In this document: positions 1 through 9,170 of the stretch, piece by piece
Numbering within the stretch: the stretch's first letter is position 1
How the letters are laid out: every line of letters starts with the position of its first letter
Assembly (NCBI GenBank): GCA_016180815.1
Contig: JACPAN010000013.1
Coordinates: 54,939-118,938 of the forward strand
Direction: 5' to 3'
DNA: 64,000 nt
Source: Elusimicrobiota bacterium
GTDB lineage: Bacteria; Elusimicrobiota; Elusimicrobia; JACQPE01
Notes under the pieces: model-generated
Told to the model about the DNA's origin: nothing
Seen by the model: only the letters and a program-made list of their open reading frames with translations
Databases searched by the model: none
Program-made: the position numbers and the translations under genes

Positions 1-101
1 CCGGCGAAGAAGCCGGAAACAAACTTGATAAAGCCAAAAAAATGGGGATTGCCGTGGCCAATGAAGAAGACTTTCTGCGTCTCATCGACCATGCGCGATA
101 A
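1..101 (+). CDS. ligA: NAD-dependent DNA ligase LigA, C-terminal end (5'-partial, runs off window start)
   Basis: Frame 3 reads GEEAGNKLDKAKKMGIAVANEEDFLRLIDHAR* with TAA at 99-101; resembles the conserved LigA C-terminal BRCT tail (AGSKL-KA-x-LG-x-V-x-E-x-FL-LL). Only 33 codons visible. Confidence 0.55.
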   Translation, partial: GEEAGNKLDKAKKMGIAVANEEDFLRLIDHAR

Positions 102-573
102 GAGGCCTCCGAAAAATTCTTGGACCGCAGCTCTGCGCATTCTTTCGCGGCGCGCGCAAAGCGAAGCCATGCTGTTTGAAAAACTCAAGGCTAAAGGCGT
201 CCCTGAAGTTGAAATCCCCGGCCTGATCCAAAAGGCGAAGGATTATCAATTCCTTGATGACGGAGCCTATGCCCGCATGCTGATTCGCCGGGAACGCCAG
301 CGCGGCCGGGGCGTCTTGAACATTCGCCGGACGCTTAAAGCTCACGGCATCAATGCCGCGCTCGCCAATGAGACCGCCGAAGCGGCTGATTTAGGCGATC
401 CTGCCGATGAGCTTGCCCGTGCCCAAGCGCTGATCGGCAAAAAAATTGTAAAAAACAAAAACATGGAGCCCGTCAAAGCTTTTCGATTTTTGCTGTCGCG
501 CGGGTTTGCGCCGGAAACGGCCCGTAAAGCCTCAAAATTTACGCTCGAAATCGAGGGGGAATTCAATGAATAA
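91..573 (+). CDS. recX: recombination regulator RecX
   Basis: ATG at 91 overlaps the ligA stop; translation ...WTAALRILSRRAQSEAMLFEKLKAKGVPE... matches the RecX N-terminal signature (A-LR-LSRR--SE-EL); about 160 aa, typical RecX size. Confidence 0.75.
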   Translation: MRDKRPPKNSWTAALRILSRRAQSEAMLFEKLKAKGVPEVEIPGLIQKAKDYQFLDDGAYARMLIRRERQRGRGVLNIRRTLKAHGINAALANETAEAADLGDPADELARAQALIGKKIVKNKNMEPVKAFRFLLSRGFAPETARKASKFTLEIEGEFNE

Positions 574-2113
574 AGTCGCTTTAATTTCAGTCAGCAATAA
601 ATTAGGGATCGTTCCTTTCGCCCAAGAGCTGGAACATTTGGGTTTTGCCGTTTATGCCACCGGCAAAACGGCTCAGGAACTTGAATCGGCCCAGATTGAC
701 GTCAGCCGCGTTGAAGAAATTACTGGTTTTCCCGAAATCCTGGGCGGCAGGGTCAAGACGCTTCACCCGAAAATTTTAGGCGCCATCCTCGCCAATCCCT
801 CCGATCCCGCCCACCGCAAGGACATGGAGCGCCACGGCATCGAACCCATCGGTCTGGTGGTCGTCAATTTATATCCCTTTGAAGAGATGATGGAAGCCCG
901 CGAGGAGGAAGAACTACTGCGGGAATTCATTGATATCGGGGGCGTATCCTTGATCAGGTCCGCGGCGAAAAACTACCCCAACGTGGTCATTGTCACCGAT
1001 CCCAAAGATTACAACTGGATCATTGAAAAATTAAAGGCTTTCGGCGAAATTACCGCTGAAGAGCGCCGCATCCTCGCCTACAAAGCTTTCGAACACACCG
1101 CCCATTACGACGCCACCATCGCCAGCTATTTCAGAACCCGCATCCCGGCGACATTTCCGGAAGAGTTGACATTGAGGCTTAAGAAAGTCGAGGATTTGCG
1201 CTACGGCGAAAATCCTCATCAGAAAGCCGCGCTCTATACCTTGCCTAAAGCGCGGCGGGGCATCGTTCACGCGCGCGCGCTGCAAGGCAAACAAATGTCC
1301 TTCAACAATTACCTTGATCTGGAAGCGGCTTGGAACCTGGTCCGTGAATTTGAAGAAACGGCTTGCGTGATCATCAAACATTCCAACCCTTGCGGCGCGG
1401 CCACCAGCGAAAATTTATCGGAAGCTTTTGAGCGCGCCTTCAATGCGGATTCGCTTTCCGCGTTCGGCGGCATCGTAGCTTTCAACAGGGAAGTGGACCC
1501 GGATACCGCAAAAAAGTTGTCCGAATACTTCTTGGAATGCGTCATCGCTCCCGATTACCACAGCCAAAGCCTTGATATTTTAAAGCCCAAAAAGAACCTC
1601 AGGCTCCTGGCTATGACGTTAAGAGAGGTCGTGCCCATCGGCGATTTCGACTACCGGGCCATGACCGGCGGTTTTCTGGTGCAGGAGAAAGATTTCGTCT
1701 CTTTCCCGCCGGAGTATAAAATCGTGACCAAGCGCGAACCGACTCAAGCGGAGTGGCGCGACTTAAAATTCGCCTGGAAAGTGGCCAAACACGTCAAATC
1801 AAACGCCATCGTCCTGGCTTGCGAACATCGAACCGTGGGCATCGGCGGCGGGCAGACGTCGCGCATCGACGCCCTGAAAAACGCCCTATTAAAAATCCAG
1901 GAACGAAAAACCATCGCGCGCAGCGTGACGCCGCTGGTCATGGCCTCGGACGGCTTCTTTCCGTTCAATGACGCCATTCTTGAAGCCAGCCAGCGCGGGG
2001 TGACGGCCATCATCCAGCCCGGCGGCTCGATCCGCGATGAAGATTCCATCCAGGCCGCCAATGAAAAAGGCCTATCCATGGTCTTTACCGGACTCAGGCA
2101 TTTTCTCCACTAA
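566..2113 (+). CDS. purH: bifunctional AICAR formyltransferase / IMP cyclohydrolase PurH
   Basis: ATG at 566 overlaps recX stop (ATGAATAA); MNKVALISVSNK...GGRVKTLHPKI...GGSIRD is a full-length PurH pattern (MGS-like N-terminal domain plus AICARFT domain). Confidence 0.9.
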   Translation: MNKVALISVSNKLGIVPFAQELEHLGFAVYATGKTAQELESAQIDVSRVEEITGFPEILGGRVKTLHPKILGAILANPSDPAHRKDMERHGIEPIGLVVVNLYPFEEMMEAREEEELLREFIDIGGVSLIRSAAKNYPNVVIVTDPKDYNWIIEKLKAFGEITAEERRILAYKAFEHTAHYDATIASYFRTRIPATFPEELTLRLKKVEDLRYGENPHQKAALYTLPKARRGIVHARALQGKQMSFNNYLDLEAAWNLVREFEETACVIIKHSNPCGAATSENLSEAFERAFNADSLSAFGGIVAFNREVDPDTAKKLSEYFLECVIAPDYHSQSLDILKPKKNLRLLAMTLREVVPIGDFDYRAMTGGFLVQEKDFVSFPPEYKIVTKREPTQAEWRDLKFAWKVAKHVKSNAIVLACEHRTVGIGGGQTSRIDALKNALLKIQERKTIARSVTPLVMASDGFFPFNDAILEASQRGVTAIIQPGGSIRDEDSIQAANEKGLSMVFTGLRHFLH

Positions 2114-2210
2114 ATTTTAGGCTCTCGACGAAAGTCCCTTTTTTACTCTGGGTCTTTTATGGGGGACTTTTTACCCCCAAAGTCTCACGGCAATCTGATG
2201 GGCATTTAGG

Positions 2211-2831
2211 ATGATGTTTGCGATGAGGCAATCTTTATTGATGGCTCTTTTATGCTGCTCGTTGAGCCCTCTGGCGCATTCATCCGGGCGCTCGGGCGCG
2301 GCAACATCCGCATCCATCTTATCCCGCGAAGATGTCATTCAATTGCACGGGCTCGCCCGGCAGGCGATGGAAAACGACCGCGATGTCCGGATGAATCAAC
2401 GAAATGGCAAAGCCACCTACTCGATTTCCAGAAATTTGGGCGTCTATAATCCAGACGGCCGCGCGGGTTACGTCGGATTTAAAGTCAGGCTTGATGTGCG
2501 CGGTCAAACACTCAAGGGCGGATTCCATCCTGAGGTGTTCGTTTTGCACCTGCGGGTCAATGAGCACCCTGCCGGTGCTCAAGGCATGCGCAGCGAGTGG
2601 CATTATTTTTCAGCGGCCGATGACTCTTATCTCAGAGGGCATCATACGGGACGCATACGCATGGGTGACGAAGTCGAAGTTGTCAGGCATCGCCTGACGC
2701 CCCGAAGCCTGAGCGCCTCCGTCGCAACGGCACAAGGCGTCAGAGCATCATGCCGGTTTATTTTATCGAGCCTGAGCAAATGGCCGAAAAAATTGGCCTT
2801 CCCGATAACCAATATTGTCTTGAGGCGTTAG
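2211..2831 (+). CDS. hypothetical secreted protein
   Basis: ORF with N-terminal hydrophobic signal-like segment (MRQSLLMALLCCSLSPLAHS); no recognised domain. C-terminal extent uncertain. Confidence 0.45.
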   Translation: MMFAMRQSLLMALLCCSLSPLAHSSGRSGAATSASILSREDVIQLHGLARQAMENDRDVRMNQRNGKATYSISRNLGVYNPDGRAGYVGFKVRLDVRGQTLKGGFHPEVFVLHLRVNEHPAGAQGMRSEWHYFSAADDSYLRGHHTGRIRMGDEVEVVRHRLTPRSLSASVATAQGVRASCRFILSSLSKWPKKLAFPITNIVLRR

Positions 2832-2839
2832 GAGAAACC

Positions 2840-3445
2840 ATGATCAAAAAAATTATTCTTACCGCGGCCATTCTTCTGCCTTTGCGGCCCTTATCCGCGG
2901 ATAAAAACGAAACGCGGGGCGAAGATTACCAACATCTTTCCACAAGACTTGACAGCCGATTTCAAGCCGCACCAGCTCATGACGACAAAAAAGCGGTGAT
3001 CAGAAACGTCGTTATCGGCGGCGTGGCCCGCGGGTTGACCTCAACCGCTCTGGGCGGCTGGGAAATGGGTTTGACCGGCACCTTCCCCATTATTCTGCCT
3101 TATCCTGCGTTAAACAGAACGAAAGCTTTGGTCAGCGGCGCAGCCGGCGCATTAAGCGGCGGCGCGGCTGTTTATTACGGCAGCCGGACGGATCGCGAGC
3201 ATGGACGCACCGGCCAAGGTTTTCTATTGGGAACTTTAACCGGAGGCGCGGTCGGCGGCATCGGCAAAGCCATGACGGTCGGCGCCTACGAAGGTATCGC
3301 GGAGGGTCGCTGGGCACGCTCAGCCGGATACGGGCTTCGCGCCGGCACAAGAGCGTTTCTTTGGAAGCTGCCTTTGTCCGCAGTCGGCGCAGCAGCCATC
3401 ACGGCGTCGGTCTTGACTATCGACCGGGCCCTTGACTTCAAATAA
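2840..3445 (+). CDS. hypothetical Gly-rich secreted/membrane protein
   Basis: ATG at 2840 preceded by AGGAG; signal-like N-terminus MIKKIILTAAILLPL; Gly/Ala-rich body. Confidence 0.55.
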   Translation: MIKKIILTAAILLPLRPLSADKNETRGEDYQHLSTRLDSRFQAAPAHDDKKAVIRNVVIGGVARGLTSTALGGWEMGLTGTFPIILPYPALNRTKALVSGAAGALSGGAAVYYGSRTDREHGRTGQGFLLGTLTGGAVGGIGKAMTVGAYEGIAEGRWARSAGYGLRAGTRAFLWKLPLSAVGAAAITASVLTIDRALDFK

Positions 3446-3460
3446 AAGGGGAAATTCAAT

Positions 3461-3979
3461 ATGAAACGTATTGCGATCGCTATTTCGTTATTCTCTCTGG
3501 GTTTAGGCGTAGTTTCAGCGGACGATCACAGAGAATCGCTTGCCGATTGGCAGCGCCTTGATTTGCGTATCGATCAAAGGACCGGCTCACGCCCATCGCC
3601 CCAAAGGCCGTTGAACGTTCGATTAACATATTTCCATCCCGAACACTCTATGCCATCAACAGGATTAGGGGGCATCCCTCGCGAAGAACAGGCAACTCCG
3701 GAAGTCGGCCGATTAACCGTCACTCAATACAGAACAGCCGAGCGAAAAGGATTAACATGGGGTCTGGTTGCCGGAGGCGTCGGATTTACCGGAGCTGCCG
3801 CCGCAACCTGGAGATGGGCCATGCGCGGGCGCGCGGGAGATTTTGATTTTCGGCCTGTCTTTGCCATCCCGGCGAGCGCGTTGGCCGGAGTCGCTGCCGC
3901 AACCGTCCTGGGCGTGGTGACTTATTCATTAGTCAAAAATCACCACATCAATCGAATGACTAAGGAAGGCGTCCACTAG
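3461..3979 (+). CDS. hypothetical secreted protein
   Basis: RBS-like AAGGGGA upstream of ATG 3461; signal-like MKRIAIAISLFSLGLGVVSA; C-terminal hydrophobic segment. Confidence 0.55.
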   Translation: MKRIAIAISLFSLGLGVVSADDHRESLADWQRLDLRIDQRTGSRPSPQRPLNVRLTYFHPEHSMPSTGLGGIPREEQATPEVGRLTVTQYRTAERKGLTWGLVAGGVGFTGAAAATWRWAMRGRAGDFDFRPVFAIPASALAGVAAATVLGVVTYSLVKNHHINRMTKEGVH

Positions 3980-4596
3980 CGCGGTTTGAATTCGGACGGG
4001 CACCAGATCGAAGTTATTTCGTTCTCCATCAGAAGGCGCGGCACCAACTGATCGGACCGGCCGTCATCTATATACTCAACCTGATAACGGGTCCTCGTCA
4101 ATCCAAGACGCATCTGCGCCACGGGGACGGCAACGTCGCCGTTTAACACAAGCATTTCGCCGGCCGTTAATCCTGAAACCGTCCATTCCCGCGCATCATC
4201 CGTCCCTTCCATAGGTTGCCAAGAACCATCCGGCCTCAGATGCTCCTGCCAAGCTGAAATTTTTAAATTGCGGTAAGAACGCGATGTTTTGTTATGAAAA
4301 AAAATCTGATAACGCATCACATCGCCCGCGTAGAAAAATTCGTATTCTCCCCAATGGAGGCGGGGGAATACTTGGGATAAATCCTGGGTCATGTAGCCGG
4401 GCATCAAACGGTCATGGTGGTAGCGCAGGCCGCCGCCGTCAATGACGCCCCGGCCCCATGAGTCCAATAAACGAATTTTATGCTCAAGAACCGGGATGGA
4501 AGCGCGAACGTTGCCGCCGAGAGGGGAAATCTGATTAACGACTCCCGATGCCGACGCGTCGGCGGCCAACAAAAGAAAGAGAAAAACCCTACCCAT
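3976..4596 (-). CDS. hypothetical secreted protein
   Basis: Minus-strand ORF with signal-like N-terminus MGRVFLFLLLAADASA; no recognised domain. Confidence 0.5.
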   Translation of the reverse strand: MGRVFLFLLLAADASASGVVNQISPLGGNVRASIPVLEHKIRLLDSWGRGVIDGGGLRYHHDRLMPGYMTQDLSQVFPRLHWGEYEFFYAGDVMRYQIFFHNKTSRSYRNLKISAWQEHLRPDGSWQPMEGTDDAREWTVSGLTAGEMLVLNGDVAVPVAQMRLGLTRTRYQVEYIDDGRSDQLVPRLLMENEITSIWCPSEFKPR

Positions 4597-4660
4597 GGCA
4601 AGATAAGGTTAACCCCCGGGGACAATTCCGGCAAGGGGGAAATTTTAAAAGAAGCTGCGA

Positions 4661-7060
4661 CTAGCGAGGAAAATTCTTATCGAGGGTTTTTTTGGCCAGC
4701 GCCTTGATTCGCGCGCTTGAGGACTCTTGGACAATGGCTTCAAGAGCGGGACGAACCGCCGGATTTCTCGACTCTTCAAGAATTTCCAGCCAGCGTGATT
4801 TCATTTCTTCGCTGAAGGAATTCGGATGAAGGACGAAATCTTTGACGAAACCGGCCCCTTCGGCCGAATTTTTAATCACTTCGTTGTTCATCAGCCGCCA
4901 AGAAATGCCGCCCACGATTTCGTTATTGGCATCCGAACTTTTGACGATGCGCTCAAGCTCGGGCAAAACGCCGGGATGGCGCACCATGCCGAAGGCCAAT
5001 AAAACGGTCTTTTTGAAAGGGTACCCTCGCCGGCCGTGCTGATCGAGCGCTGTTTTGAGCGCCTGGATGGACTCTTGGTCCGAAAAACCGGCTATGCCGG
5101 AGGAAGCTCCGGAAAGAATATCAAGCGGCAATTCTTGATCGCTTAAGAGTTCTCTAAGGTATTTGCGGCCGGCCTGATCCGTTGATTTGCCCAACAAAGC
5201 CAACGCGCGGGCCCGGACCAAGGTTTGCCCCTCAAGATCGGAGGAAGGAAGGCCGGCCGGGCCTTTTGCAAGCTCCAAGAGAACGGGGGTTAAATCATCG
5301 GGATAACGCGTCCATTTGCTGGTCAAAAGTTTGTCCAGAAGCCCGTGGCGGACATAAGGTGAAGGGTCAATTTTCAAGGCCAAAGAAAGCGTTTCTTTGG
5401 CCTTTGGCGTCAAATCCTCAAGTTTTTCGGCTTCGCGGGATACCCATGTTTTAGCCAGAGCAAACAAGGCTTGGATGCGGGCGATGGGATCAGGGTCGTG
5501 CAGCGCCTGCAGCGACCATTTTTCCTCGCTTGTCCTGGGTCTCGAAAGCTTGACCAAGGCAACCGAACCTGGGTTCCAGGTGATCCACTCCGGCTGCGCG
5601 AGTAAATCAAAATCAGCCGACCATTCTTTTCTATTGATTAAAATAATTTTCTTTTCATGGAATTCCGGAGGAGTCAAACGATGGAAAACCACCGGAATTC
5701 GAAAGTCAAAAACGGTCGTATCCTCGGCATGATTGGGGCGTTGTTTCATTCTCAACTTGATTTTTTTCTTCGAATCATGCCAGCGCTCCTCGACTTCGAG
5801 GATCGGATACCCGCGCGCCAACAGCCAGCTGTCCACGAACCCTTGAAGATCAAGTCCCGAGGCGTTCTCCATGGCCGCCATAAAATCTTTGTATGTGGCG
5901 TTGTTTAAAGCGAATTGGGTAAGGTATTCATTTAAACCTTTTCTAAACGCCTCGCGCCCAATATAGAAATCAAGCATCCTCAAGACCTGTTCGCCCTTGG
6001 TGTAATTCGTGCTGTCGAAGGCGTCGTCCGGAGTGGGCAGTTCCTTGGAAACAATCGGGTGGCTTCGCGGTCCGTCTTCCTGGCGGAAATAACTTTCCCA
6101 TGTGCTCAAGACGGTTTCAACCACCGCAAATTCGTTGCCGAAATAGTCCTCGGTGGCGACGGTCTCCATATAGGAAGCGAAGGCTTCATTGAGCCATAAA
6201 TCATCCCACCATTTCATGGTCACGTAATTGCCGAACCATTGATGAGCCAATTCGTGCGTGACGACCGAGGCGATGCGAAATTTTTGGATTTTGGCCGTCG
6301 GGTCCTCCAACGTCATGGCCGAATCCCTCATGGTGGTCAAGGTCGTATTCTCCATGCCGCCCCAAAGGAATCCCGGCAAGCCGACCATGGCGTAACGGTT
6401 CCAAGGGTATTTAATGCCGTAAAAATTTTCAAAAAAAGGCAGGGCTTTCTTCAAAACGTCCATCGCGAATTCGGCCCGCTCGCGTTTGGAAGGCGACGTG
6501 TAAATGCTCATGCCCGCGCCTTGGACGTCGGCGTTGAGTTCGCCGAATTTGCCGACGACGATATTGACCAGGTAAGTGCTGTGGGGTTTTTCCTGAACCC
6601 AGCGGACGCGCCGCAGCTTCCCGGCGTTTTTAATATCGACGATCTCATCGGCGACTTTGCGGCCGTTGGAAAAAACATCGTATTTCGGATCGACTTCAAC
6701 GGTCGTTTCCGTCGTCGCCTTATCGTAAGGCTCGTCGTTGCAGGGGAATAACTTGCGCGCCGCCACGGGCTCAAGATGCGTAAAAAACATCATCGGCCGC
6801 GTCGGCTCATCGGGATCGGCGACCTTGAAGAAACCTTGGTGTTGGACATCGGCTTGGCCGCCGTAGGCGATGGTGACGGCGATCTCTTTACCTGCCGGTT
6901 GAGAGGCGTTGAAATGGACGGCAGCGGCGTCCAGACGCATGGCAATGGCGTAATGTGAAACATCATACGGACGGTTTTTTGGGGTAAACAAGGCGCCTGA
7001 GGGCATGGCCATGGTCAGCAACGATAATAGAAAAGACAAAGCACGAAATTTTGCCCTCAT
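4661..7060 (-). CDS. M1-family zinc aminopeptidase (aminopeptidase N-like) with C-terminal HEAT/ARM-like repeats; signal peptide
   Basis: Contains GGMEN exopeptidase motif and HELAHQWFGNYVTMKWWDDLWLNEAFASY (HExxH-18x-E zinc site), both M1 hallmarks; signal-like N-terminus. Confidence 0.88.
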   Translation of the reverse strand: MRAKFRALSFLLSLLTMAMPSGALFTPKNRPYDVSHYAIAMRLDAAAVHFNASQPAGKEIAVTIAYGGQADVQHQGFFKVADPDEPTRPMMFFTHLEPVAARKLFPCNDEPYDKATTETTVEVDPKYDVFSNGRKVADEIVDIKNAGKLRRVRWVQEKPHSTYLVNIVVGKFGELNADVQGAGMSIYTSPSKRERAEFAMDVLKKALPFFENFYGIKYPWNRYAMVGLPGFLWGGMENTTLTTMRDSAMTLEDPTAKIQKFRIASVVTHELAHQWFGNYVTMKWWDDLWLNEAFASYMETVATEDYFGNEFAVVETVLSTWESYFRQEDGPRSHPIVSKELPTPDDAFDSTNYTKGEQVLRMLDFYIGREAFRKGLNEYLTQFALNNATYKDFMAAMENASGLDLQGFVDSWLLARGYPILEVEERWHDSKKKIKLRMKQRPNHAEDTTVFDFRIPVVFHRLTPPEFHEKKIILINRKEWSADFDLLAQPEWITWNPGSVALVKLSRPRTSEEKWSLQALHDPDPIARIQALFALAKTWVSREAEKLEDLTPKAKETLSLALKIDPSPYVRHGLLDKLLTSKWTRYPDDLTPVLLELAKGPAGLPSSDLEGQTLVRARALALLGKSTDQAGRKYLRELLSDQELPLDILSGASSGIAGFSDQESIQALKTALDQHGRRGYPFKKTVLLAFGMVRHPGVLPELERIVKSSDANNEIVGGISWRLMNNEVIKNSAEGAGFVKDFVLHPNSFSEEMKSRWLEILEESRNPAVRPALEAIVQESSSARIKALAKKTLDKNFPR

Positions 7061-7473
7061 CCGCCGGATTCAGGCGATTCAGCTTCCGGCTCTGCGTCGT
7101 CGATCACGGAAAAATTCACCGTCTTTAACAGGGAACCGTTTTCATCGAGCACTTCGACTTTCCACCGGCCGGTATGATTCGAATGGACGGTTTTGCGGCT
7201 CCACGTGCGCCATTTGGCGGTTTTGACGTCCAGCGCAATGCGCATGACTTGGCGATCCTCGTAATACCAGACATGCGTGATTTTCGTAGGAACGGCGTGG
7301 CTTGTGACCTTTGTCCAACAGACAAGAGCGCCGACTTCGGCATCAAAATGTTCAGCCGGCTCAACGGGCTGGCGTGCGACGACATCTTTGGCGATCAAGG
7401 CGTCAATGATTTCTACCGACTGGCTTGTCGCCCAGGTTAAGGATGTTAGAAGGGACAAAATGAGCATCATCAA
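7057..7473 (-). CDS. hypothetical small secreted protein (possibly DUF2914-like), 4-bp overlap with the M1 peptidase gene
   Basis: Signal-like N-terminus MMMLILSLLTSLTWATS; stop overlaps start of the downstream peptidase gene (operon-like). Confidence 0.55.
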   Translation of the reverse strand: MMMLILSLLTSLTWATSQSVEIIDALIAKDVVARQPVEPAEHFDAEVGALVCWTKVTSHAVPTKITHVWYYEDRQVMRIALDVKTAKWRTWSRKTVHSNHTGRWKVEVLDENGSLLKTVNFSVIDDAEPEAESPESGG

Positions 7474-7664
7474 AATTCTCCTGTTGATTAACTTTAGAAG
7501 CGGTCTCTGATAAGCATCATAGAATAATGAAGGACGGGGCGATAGACGCCGTTTAATGCCGTAAAAAATAAGGGGACTTAAAGACCCGTTGAAAATAGGA
7601 CCTAAGTCCCATGTTTTTTAGCCTAAAATGGGTCAAAATAAAGCATGTTTTGGTGGAGGTTACA

Positions 7665-8162
7665 ATGAAAAAACGAATATATTTGAGTTTTCTGGCGAGC
7701 GCTATATTATGCGCTCCTTATAGGCCCACGCAGGCTGAAGGATTAACTGAAAGTTTTGTTACCAGCGTCGTTGCAGTCGGCGATTGGGCAAGCAGCCTCA
7801 TGAAAAGGGCTTCCTCCGCCGTAGGCAGCGCCTATCTTTCTTTATCAGGAGTCCCAATTAGGGCAACAATCAGCGGCGCAAGCGATTCCAGCGCTACAGG
7901 GGTTACGGCCAGCACGGGTCATCCCAGTTTGCCGTCAGCCCCCTCGTACGAACGCATCGGCACCGTGGGTTACGCCGCATCGCCCTATGAACGTATTGGG
8001 ACGGTCGGTTATGCCTACCGCAGTGGGTACGAACGCATCGGCACCGTGGGTTTTGTAGAACCTGCCGAAGTCAGACCGCAGCGCATGAGCAAGGTGCGCC
8101 GGGCCTTCGGCGAAGGACGGGATGCTTTAAGTGCACCCGTCATGCCCGTCCGGCTCCCTTAA
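7665..8162 (+). CDS. hypothetical secreted protein with tandem YERIGTVGYA repeats
   Basis: MKKRIYLSFLASAILCA signal-like start; three tandem copies of (S)PYERIGTVG(Y/F) encoded at about 7948-8060. Confidence 0.5.
   Translation: MKKRIYLSFLASAILCAPYRPTQAEGLTESFVTSVVAVGDWASSLMKRASSAVGSAYLSLSGVPIRATISGASDSSATGVTASTGHPSLPSAPSYERIGTVGYAASPYERIGTVGYAYRSGYERIGTVGFVEPAEVRPQRMSKVRRAFGEGRDALSAPVMPVRLP
7948..8054 (+). repeat. intragenic tandem repeat (three units, outer two 25/25 identical)
   Basis: tacgaacgcatcggcaccgtgggtt at 7948-7972 and 8030-8054 with a diverged middle unit. Confidence 0.7.
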
Positions 8163-8191
8163 CGATACGCCAGCGCGACCGGTTCAAATGG

Positions 8192-8980
8192 TCATTTCGG
8201 AAAGAGCCAAATCGTTTCTCGGTATTCTTCGCCGATCTCATCAGCTTCATCTTCCATATCAACCGCTGAGTTTTTATTGAATCTTCTCCAAAACGCGTCA
8301 ACAACAAAGCTTTTATTGATTTGCATGGTATGACCGAATTCATGCGCGCGCAAATACTCATTTTGCATCCAGCCAGCCGAATCAAAATGAATGGTTGCGG
8401 CTGATGCGGTGTAGGCTGTATATGCGTTCCCCGTAGGTTTGCTGACGTTATATTCGCTGGGAACCGGGCTTGGCAATTGAACCAGATAGCCGCCTCCTAG
8501 GCCCAAGCGAACCCTGGCTCCGCTGCCCATCAGCGCCACGTGAACGCGATTGCTCTCAGGCGAGATCCATTGCCACAGAGGGTCAATCGCGACGCTCGTC
8601 CATGAGAGGAATAAATCAACGGATGTCGCCCAGGCATTCATCAGCAATTTGACCGGCGTGATTACAGAGGTCCAATAATCGCCGCGCAACGCGGCTTGAA
8701 CCCCGTCATAATAAATTTCTCCGGAACTGGCCGCCAAAACAACCGGCGCAGCTATGGCCAGCTTGCCCCAATTCCAGTAAGCATTAGCCAAACCCTTGGC
8801 GCCTTCAACAATCACAGGCCGCGCCGGATCAGAGACTTCTTTTTTCTTTGCATCGAAAGACAAGGCGCTGCTGGAATGCAACCCCATGAAATCGTCGCCG
8901 GCCAAAGCGCCTGAAGAAGCCTCCACCATCAACAAGGCCGCCGGAAACAAAATCGTTAATTTCTCAAGATGCCATTTCAT
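8192..8980 (-). CDS. hypothetical secreted protein with C-terminal HExxH motif (possible zincin-like peptidase)
   Basis: Signal-like N-terminus; LRAHEFGHTMQ near C-terminus. Confidence 0.5.
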   Translation of the reverse strand: MKWHLEKLTILFPAALLMVEASSGALAGDDFMGLHSSSALSFDAKKKEVSDPARPVIVEGAKGLANAYWNWGKLAIAAPVVLAASSGEIYYDGVQAALRGDYWTSVITPVKLLMNAWATSVDLFLSWTSVAIDPLWQWISPESNRVHVALMGSGARVRLGLGGGYLVQLPSPVPSEYNVSKPTGNAYTAYTASAATIHFDSAGWMQNEYLRAHEFGHTMQINKSFVVDAFWRRFNKNSAVDMEDEADEIGEEYRETIWLFPK

Positions 8981-9170
8981 GCCGCGCTGCCTACTTCTTA
9001 TTATTATTGTGCCGACTTTAAACTATTTTGTCGTGGGTCTTTGAGGCAATCTTACCTGGGACGAAAGACCGGTAAAGACCAGCTTTATCATAGGGGAGCA
9101 CTTGCTCTACTCCAGATTGCCTGATGGCGCGACAAACAAAAGCCCGTTAAACTCATAAAGAGGAGGCTTT

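Noticed and set aside
1031-1971. ORFs 1031..1381(-), 1309..1545(-) and Arg-rich 1753..1971(+)
   Set aside because: Embedded in or antisense to purH, which is strongly supported; alternative-frame artefacts.
2131-2178. Hairpins downstream of purH as an intrinsic terminator
   Set aside because: One stem has a 24-nt loop and the other is a 5-bp G/C stem without a following T-tract; too weak to annotate.
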